Of a DNA stretch of 64,000 nt, positions 58,601 through 64,000 are shown in pieces. The stretch is from Lysobacterales bacterium. Its GTDB lineage: Bacteria; Pseudomonadota; Gammaproteobacteria; Xanthomonadales; SZUA-5. Location: NCBI GenBank assembly GCA_022844165.1, contig JALHMH010000010.1, positions 58,357 through 122,356 of the forward strand, read 5' to 3'. A program made the translations under genes and the position numbers. The notes beneath the pieces are model-generated. The model was given only the letters and a program-made list of their open reading frames with translations, did not search any database and was not told the DNA's origin. Positions within the stretch are counted from its first letter, which is position 1. Each line of letters begins with the position of its first letter.

Positions 58601-58844
58601 CGGACACCATGCGCTTCAGGTTCGGCAAGGTGCGCAAGAACTGCTCTTGCTCCAGCAGGATCTCCTGCTCGACATCCTGCGGCGTAGCGCCTGGCCAATG
58701 GGTATCGACACTGATCGTGCGCACGTCCAAGTCGGGGATCATCTGCACCGGCACGCGCAATGCGGCGCTGGTGCCGAGCAGCATCAGGATGAGCACGGCC
58801 ACGGAGATCAGTGCGCCCTGGCGCAGCAATGTCTCGAAGTTCAT
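55644..58844 (-). CDS. RND efflux transporter permease (AcrB/HAE-type), 1066 aa
   Basis: Twelve-TM, two-large-loop architecture, with MNFETLLRQGALISVAVLILMLLG...VPVQMIPDLD at the N-terminus. ATGA overlap with the upstream adaptor gene. Confidence 0.92.
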   Translation of the reverse strand: MNFETLLRQGALISVAVLILMLLGTSAALRVPVQMIPDLDVRTISVDTHWPGATPQDVEQEILLEQEQFLRTLPNLKRMVSGASTGRATIRLEFPFGVDINQALIQTSNALSQVSGYPENVDEPSLSASSFSDNAFMHLRVAPRADSPIELDLDMLRDHLERYVRPRLERVAGVARVNVGGGPERQVRIEVDPTLLAERGLRLTQLRDALRARNRDSSGGDLDSGKRRYLLRTVGRFDDLDDIRSLIVAERGGTLVRLSDVAQVRLDHYERREVSFYNGQPALSLSIQRTPGSNVIATKRALLPAIDAVNRDQLAALGLEVIVSSDDVRYVEDSVANVWSNLALGAVLATLMMYLFLRSGRATLTGVIAIPICTVAAFVGLLLAGRTLNVISLAGVAFAIGMTVDNTIVVLESIDQARRRGLARFPAAVAGVRRVWAAVLASTMTTMLVFAPILFIVEEAGQLYSDIAIAISASILASMAVALYVVPTMVGHRGLGISEQSKAPGAAWFARVGASLATLHCTASRRTGVLLGTVLTTAAVVLFLTPSAEYLPEGEEPKTFSRMIAPPGYNLTEMTAIAWQIMDDLKPHLQDPPERFARGETDMPALAYYNLSVSPGGLRMIGEPKDPAHIDALMDALDARFRAFPGMRAFSARGSIISSNDGGSRSINLDIAGTDLQQLFEVGARVLRRAESMFEGARVASEPATLNLNQPLVELHPRWERLAEVGFDAGSFGYSVAALSDGAFVDELIVGDDKVDIFLYGNTDAAQQLERLRDLPLATPNGNVLPIGALADLVETADTENVRRIDGQRTVTISIVPPRSVALQAGVERVRSELVEAMRRAGEIPQGVSMAFSGASDQLEATRAAVAGNFALAVLLCYLLLVAVFRHWGRPLLVMATVPLGVAGGILGLQLLNAVGGALPLIGLAAISQPLDMITLLGFLVLLGTVVNNPILIVDETYQRLAEGAESAADAVHGAVASRLRPILMSTLTTVCGLAPLVLIPGAGTELYRGLGSVVLFGLVYSTIVTLVFLPALLLTVFNWQQAWLRRYTALAPRAILRTRDSADTH

Positions 58845-59899
58845 GGCGTCGGCTCGACGATCACCGCATCCCCGTCGCGCAGCTGCTCATTACCGCGAAT
58901 CACAACGCGCTCAGCTCCGCTCAAGCCCGATTCGATCGCCACGCGCTGACCCTGGCCTTCCCGGATGCGCACGCTGCGCAAGCGAGCAATCGAGAGATCG
59001 CCCTGAGTCTCAACAACGAACAGGCTGTAGCCACCGTCTGGCTGACGGAGCAGAGCATCGCGCGGGACCGCCAACGCCGCGGCCGTAGCCGGCAGCGAAA
59101 TTTCGGCACGCGCCGAAGTGCCCGGAATCAACAGCGCGTCTTTGTTGTCGACCGCCAGGCGCAGCAAGAACGTACGCGCATTCGCTTCGCTGACCGGCAC
59201 CTTGGCGACCACCCGCGCCGGCAATTCAACGCCCGGCATCGCATCGGGGAGCACCGTCGCACTAAACGCGCCGAGTAAATCGGCATGTCGCTCCTGCGGT
59301 ACGCGCACGTCGAGCCATACCGAATCAAGCGCCACCAGGCGCAACAGGGCATTTCCTCGCGACGCCCACTGCCCAACCTCGGTCATGCGCTCGGCGATCA
59401 CGCCAGCAAACGGTGCCGGCAACGTGTGCCGATCGAGTAGCGCCATTTGCTCCGCCTGCGCGGCGCGCGCCGAGGCAAGCGCCGCCAGTGCGAGCTGCTC
59501 GGCTGCGCGAAGCGTGTCCACTTGACTGGTCGGAATGAACTTGCGTTCGGCCAGCGTTTCGCCCTCGCGCAATCGCCGGCTCGCCTCGCTGGCTGCGGCG
59601 GCGGTCTCGGCCGTCGCCGCCGCCGCACGGGCGAGCGTCTGGCGTGCGACGGTTGTGTCCAGTTTCAGCAGCGTTTGCCCAGCCCTCACCCGATCTCCCG
59701 TGTCGACATCGATCGAGGCCACCAGCCCGTCGACGCGCGGCGACAGCTCCGCTGCACGTTCCGCGGTCAGCGTGCCGGTCAACGAGAAGCGTTCGCCGAA
59801 GCTCGCCGTTTCCGGCGTGGCAACACTCACTCGTGCGACCGGGTTGGCAGGCGATGATGAGGCGACGCCGGCCAAAATCAAAGCGGCAAACAAACGCAT
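58841..59899 (-). CDS. RND efflux periplasmic adaptor (membrane fusion protein), 352 aa
   Basis: Signal-like N-terminus MRLFAALILAGVASS. Coiled-coil hairpin (AAATAETAAAASEASRRL...), then beta-barrel/MP domains. The start is chosen at Met76 of track ORF 58841..60124, whose first 75 residues are Arg/Cys-rich. Confidence 0.85.
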   Translation of the reverse strand: MRLFAALILAGVASSSPANPVARVSVATPETASFGERFSLTGTLTAERAAELSPRVDGLVASIDVDTGDRVRAGQTLLKLDTTVARQTLARAAAATAETAAAASEASRRLREGETLAERKFIPTSQVDTLRAAEQLALAALASARAAQAEQMALLDRHTLPAPFAGVIAERMTEVGQWASRGNALLRLVALDSVWLDVRVPQERHADLLGAFSATVLPDAMPGVELPARVVAKVPVSEANARTFLLRLAVDNKDALLIPGTSARAEISLPATAAALAVPRDALLRQPDGGYSLFVVETQGDLSIARLRSVRIREGQGQRVAIESGLSGAERVVIRGNEQLRDGDAVIVEPTP

Positions 59900-60257
59900 G
59901 CATAGAGGCTCGTCAGCGGTTTGCCCGACGATACACAAGGCGGATACGGACGCGGTGAAGAACGTATGCCTGGCGAGGCTTCGCCTCAGACTGCCGAGCA
60001 TTGTGGGCTTCGCCAGACACCGTACTTGCCACAACCCCCATCGAGCGCTGCGCGCATTTCCGGCCCGGCGGCACAGCCGCCGATCGTTCGGCTCGGCACA
60101 CGCCTTGCGGCGTGTCAGCGCCAATCCTCACCCCCCTTTGTACTCAAGGGGGTTTCAACAGGCAAAGCCGCTCCGACGAAAACTCGATTCAAATGGCAAG
60201 ATCCCGCTCAGTCAGGGACTTTAGCTTACGATGGTCCGACTTCGTCGACCACAGGAA

Positions 60258-60283
60258 GTCCGGGCACGTCGTCGCGCCCGGAC
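60258..60283 (-). terminator. Hairpin directly after the serine-hydrolase stop (possible terminator)
   Basis: On the - strand, GTCCGGGC-N10-GCCCGGAC (8-bp stem) starts 5 nt after the TAA and is followed by TTCCTGT, a weak U-tract. Confidence 0.4.
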
Positions 60284-60288
60284 TGAAG

Positions 60289-61563
60289 TTACCGAACGAA
60301 AATCTGATGTGCGCGGTGAATTGCTGCGCGTCGTGCGATCTTGTAGCTCTCGTCGTACACGCTGCGCCAATCGTCATAGCCGCCTGAGTTGTAGACAGCA
60401 GTTGAGATCAGACCACCCGGCAGGGCGCGAACAGCAGAACTGGTGCCGGACCAGCCGCCAGTGTGCGAGTACACCGTGCCGAGTTGCCAATCGCTGCGCC
60501 ACCAGCCATGGCTTTCGGTTTTGCCCTGCTCCATCAACGCATAGTCTTCCGCACTCAACAGGCTGGTCCCGTCCGCCATCCGATGCAGGAATCTGGCCAT
60601 TTCGACGCTCGACATGATCCAGGCGCCGGAGGCGCAGGTGTGATTCTGATCCGGCGGCAGGGTGCCGCTGCTGTCGGTATCGCTGGCATACCAAAGCGTG
60701 TAGTTGCCGCTGACACTGGCGGTCTTCAATTCGGCCATGTTGCATGATCCAGTGATGCCGATCGGAGCGAACAACTCGTCTTTGACGTAACGGCGATAAA
60801 CATTGTTGGTGACAGTCTGGATATAGCTGTCGTAGTCGGCGTTGTTGTACTGCGACGCGAACGACTCCACAGACTGCATTTGCGCGGCTTCGGCCACGTA
60901 TGCCAAAGTAATCTGGAAAATCCCAACCATGTTCGAGTAGTCGCGCGTGCCGACGCTCGGTGGCGGTTCCGGCGAGAGATCGCTGCCGCAAATCAGATCA
61001 CCATGGATCAATCGGTCTTTGATCGTATCGCCGCTGCACGAGGAATGCCGGAACCCGCCCCGATGTTGCAGGATGTGGCGCAACGTCACAGGTCCACTGC
61101 CATTTTCGCCGAGCGCATACCGGCTATGCACCTGATTGCGCCAACGGAGCGGTAGGAAGTTCACCAGCGGCAGGTCGAGGTTGACGCCTTTGGCGTCTGC
61201 CGCGTGGATGGCAGCTACCGTGGTGATCAGTTTGCTCACGCTGCCCCAGGGCGTTTCCGTGTTGACCGTAAAGGCCCTTTCGCCGCCCGGATCACAGGCG
61301 GTGCGCGCGAGGCCCTGGGTGACGCTGGCGATCATTTCGCCATCGGCATCGGTCAATGTGGCGGCCCAGCCCTTGTCGTTCGCAAGACTCATGCGGATCG
61401 CCACTTCTTCCGCGTAGCGCTCAAGATCGATCGCCGAGCTGGCGCCCGTGGTGATGGCAGGGTTGACCGGCACCTGGTTGCACGGCAGGGCAAACGCAGA
61501 GCTGGTCGCCGATGCCATCGCCAGCGCCAGCAATCTGGCGCGAAGGTTATGGATGGTTTTCAT
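60289..61563 (-). CDS. Secreted serine hydrolase, beta-lactamase/PBP-like family (class C-type fold), 424 aa
   Basis: Signal peptide MKTIHNLRARLLALAMASATSSAFA. SxxK motif (GSVSKLIT), YSN (RDYSNMVG) and HTG (YSHTGGW). Confidence 0.8.
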   Translation of the reverse strand: MKTIHNLRARLLALAMASATSSAFALPCNQVPVNPAITTGASSAIDLERYAEEVAIRMSLANDKGWAATLTDADGEMIASVTQGLARTACDPGGERAFTVNTETPWGSVSKLITTVAAIHAADAKGVNLDLPLVNFLPLRWRNQVHSRYALGENGSGPVTLRHILQHRGGFRHSSCSGDTIKDRLIHGDLICGSDLSPEPPPSVGTRDYSNMVGIFQITLAYVAEAAQMQSVESFASQYNNADYDSYIQTVTNNVYRRYVKDELFAPIGITGSCNMAELKTASVSGNYTLWYASDTDSSGTLPPDQNHTCASGAWIMSSVEMARFLHRMADGTSLLSAEDYALMEQGKTESHGWWRSDWQLGTVYSHTGGWSGTSSAVRALPGGLISTAVYNSGGYDDWRSVYDESYKIARRAAIHRAHQIFVR

Positions 61564-61620
61564 AGTGTACGAAGTCCTTCTGTGGAGGCCGGCGCCGGGC
61601 GCGGCGCCGGCGCAGATGCA

Positions 61621-61956
61621 TCACTCGAAACGAATCCAGCGCAAGGTCGTCACGTTGCTGGTGCAGAAGTTCTCGCCGGCAAGATCGACTTCAATGCCGG
61701 TGGTCTGCGCGAGCAGCGCCATCGACAGCACTTGTTTGCCGACTTCGGTGGTCGCGTTTAAGCGCAAGGACCAGGTGTTATCGGTTGCACACGCTGGTTT
61801 GGCGTTGCTGTTATGGCCGCTCAGTTTGATGACCACATCGCCGCCGTAGGCGGGGCCAGTGGCGACCTGGGTGATGGTCTGAGCCGTATAAAAATGCGTG
61901 GCGTGAGCTGCGCTCGACAGAAGTGCAAGGCCGGCGATCAAAAGGGTGCGTTTCAT
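61621..61956 (-). CDS. Small secreted hypothetical protein, 111 aa
   Basis: Clear signal peptide MKRTLLIAGLALLSSAAHA. Two Cys residues (KPACATD, ENFCTSN). Protein-like composition. It lies 57 nt upstream of, and is co-directional with, the hydrolase gene. Confidence 0.55.
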   Translation of the reverse strand: MKRTLLIAGLALLSSAAHATHFYTAQTITQVATGPAYGGDVVIKLSGHNSNAKPACATDNTWSLRLNATTEVGKQVLSMALLAQTTGIEVDLAGENFCTSNVTTLRWIRFE

Positions 61957-62517
61957 ATGTTGAGTCCTCTATGGGTTTCCTGATGGCGAAAGTGCGATCA
62001 AGTGCTGACAGGAACGCTGCGCGAAACCCAAAACGACAGCCGCTGGCGGGATAAAATTTTTTCGCGACAGTTGTCGCTGCGGCAGGCGTATTGCGTAGTC
62101 TCCATCAGCCGCCGCGGGCGTTCGAAGCGAAGGCGCGCAACGGGTGATCGCTGCCCTCAATGCGGTTGGCCATGCTGCCCTTGATCGGTTTTGCAGCTGC
62201 GCGCGTATGGCAATCGATTTCCGTGCATTCTGAACCGACTGGTCACGTCGCATCGCGGGCTTGTCTTGCGCGCGATGTGGCCGTCGAAACTGCGCACGAA
62301 ATCTGGACAAACCCGTCAGCCGTTTACGGCAAATGTCGAGTGCGGCGTTGTCAGCGCACAACGCGCATCCCGCGCAGATTGGCAGACGTTCTGATTCGAA
62401 TCACTGACGAATTTCCAGGCATCCGACATTGGGTGCATGGATGATTTTCAGAAAACTCGATGGTAAAGCGTTGCTCAGCCCGGCAGCGTTGCAGGGCTGC
62501 ATCTCATGATCGGGCGC

Positions 62518-64000
<1,483 letters not shown>

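Noticed and set aside
61969-62444. ORFs in the nirS-downstream gap (61969-62361 -, 130 aa; 62160-62444 +, 94 aa; 62191-62394 +)
   Set aside because: They are mutually overlapping on both strands, Arg/Cys/Ala-rich, and lack a Shine-Dalgarno sequence or any motif. The region is treated as non-coding.

Overview
GC-rich proteobacterial chromosomal segment; the NirS, RND and prfB-lysS context suggests a gamma- or betaproteobacterium, but no taxon can be assigned from sequence alone. All family calls come from motifs read by eye, because no database search was possible.

About 70% of the window (roughly 1400-46450, all on the + strand) is one very large cell-surface polysaccharide locus, probably O-antigen. 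It uses the ABC-transporter-dependent route (Wzm/Wzt, a WecA-family initiating enzyme, a WaaL/Wzy_C-family protein, no Wzx).

The locus encodes:
- Nucleotide-sugar enzymes: a WbpO/TviB-type dehydrogenase, a UDP-uronate 4-epimerase, a tyvelose-epimerase-like SDR, two GalE, Gmd and Fcl.
- About 15 glycosyltransferases.
- Two AsnB-like amidotransferases.
- Six SAM methyltransferases, three of them FkbM family. A fourth FkbM gene lies just outside the locus.
- Acetyl/acyltransferases, one of which (OafA-like) is frameshifted.
- A polysaccharide deacetylase.

Most of these genes are joined by 1-17 nt overlaps, typically NTGA. A lower-GC vapBC toxin-antitoxin cassette sits between the precursor genes and wzm.

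Downstream of the locus, in order:
- A 1645-aa secreted protein with a glycine-run-rich central region and a C-terminal peptidase C25 (gingipain/PorU-like) domain. This is the most unusual gene in the window.
- A strong terminator and an orphan FkbM methyltransferase.
- prfB with its programmed +1 frameshift.
- A 214-bp composite inverted repeat built from tandem octamers.
- lysS.
- On the - strand: an RND efflux pair (adaptor and permease), a serine hydrolase, a small secreted protein, and the 3' part of nirS, which runs off the window.

No rRNA, tRNA, CRISPR array or transposase was seen. Many long ORFs in the track are antisense or N-terminally over-extended artefacts of high GC.
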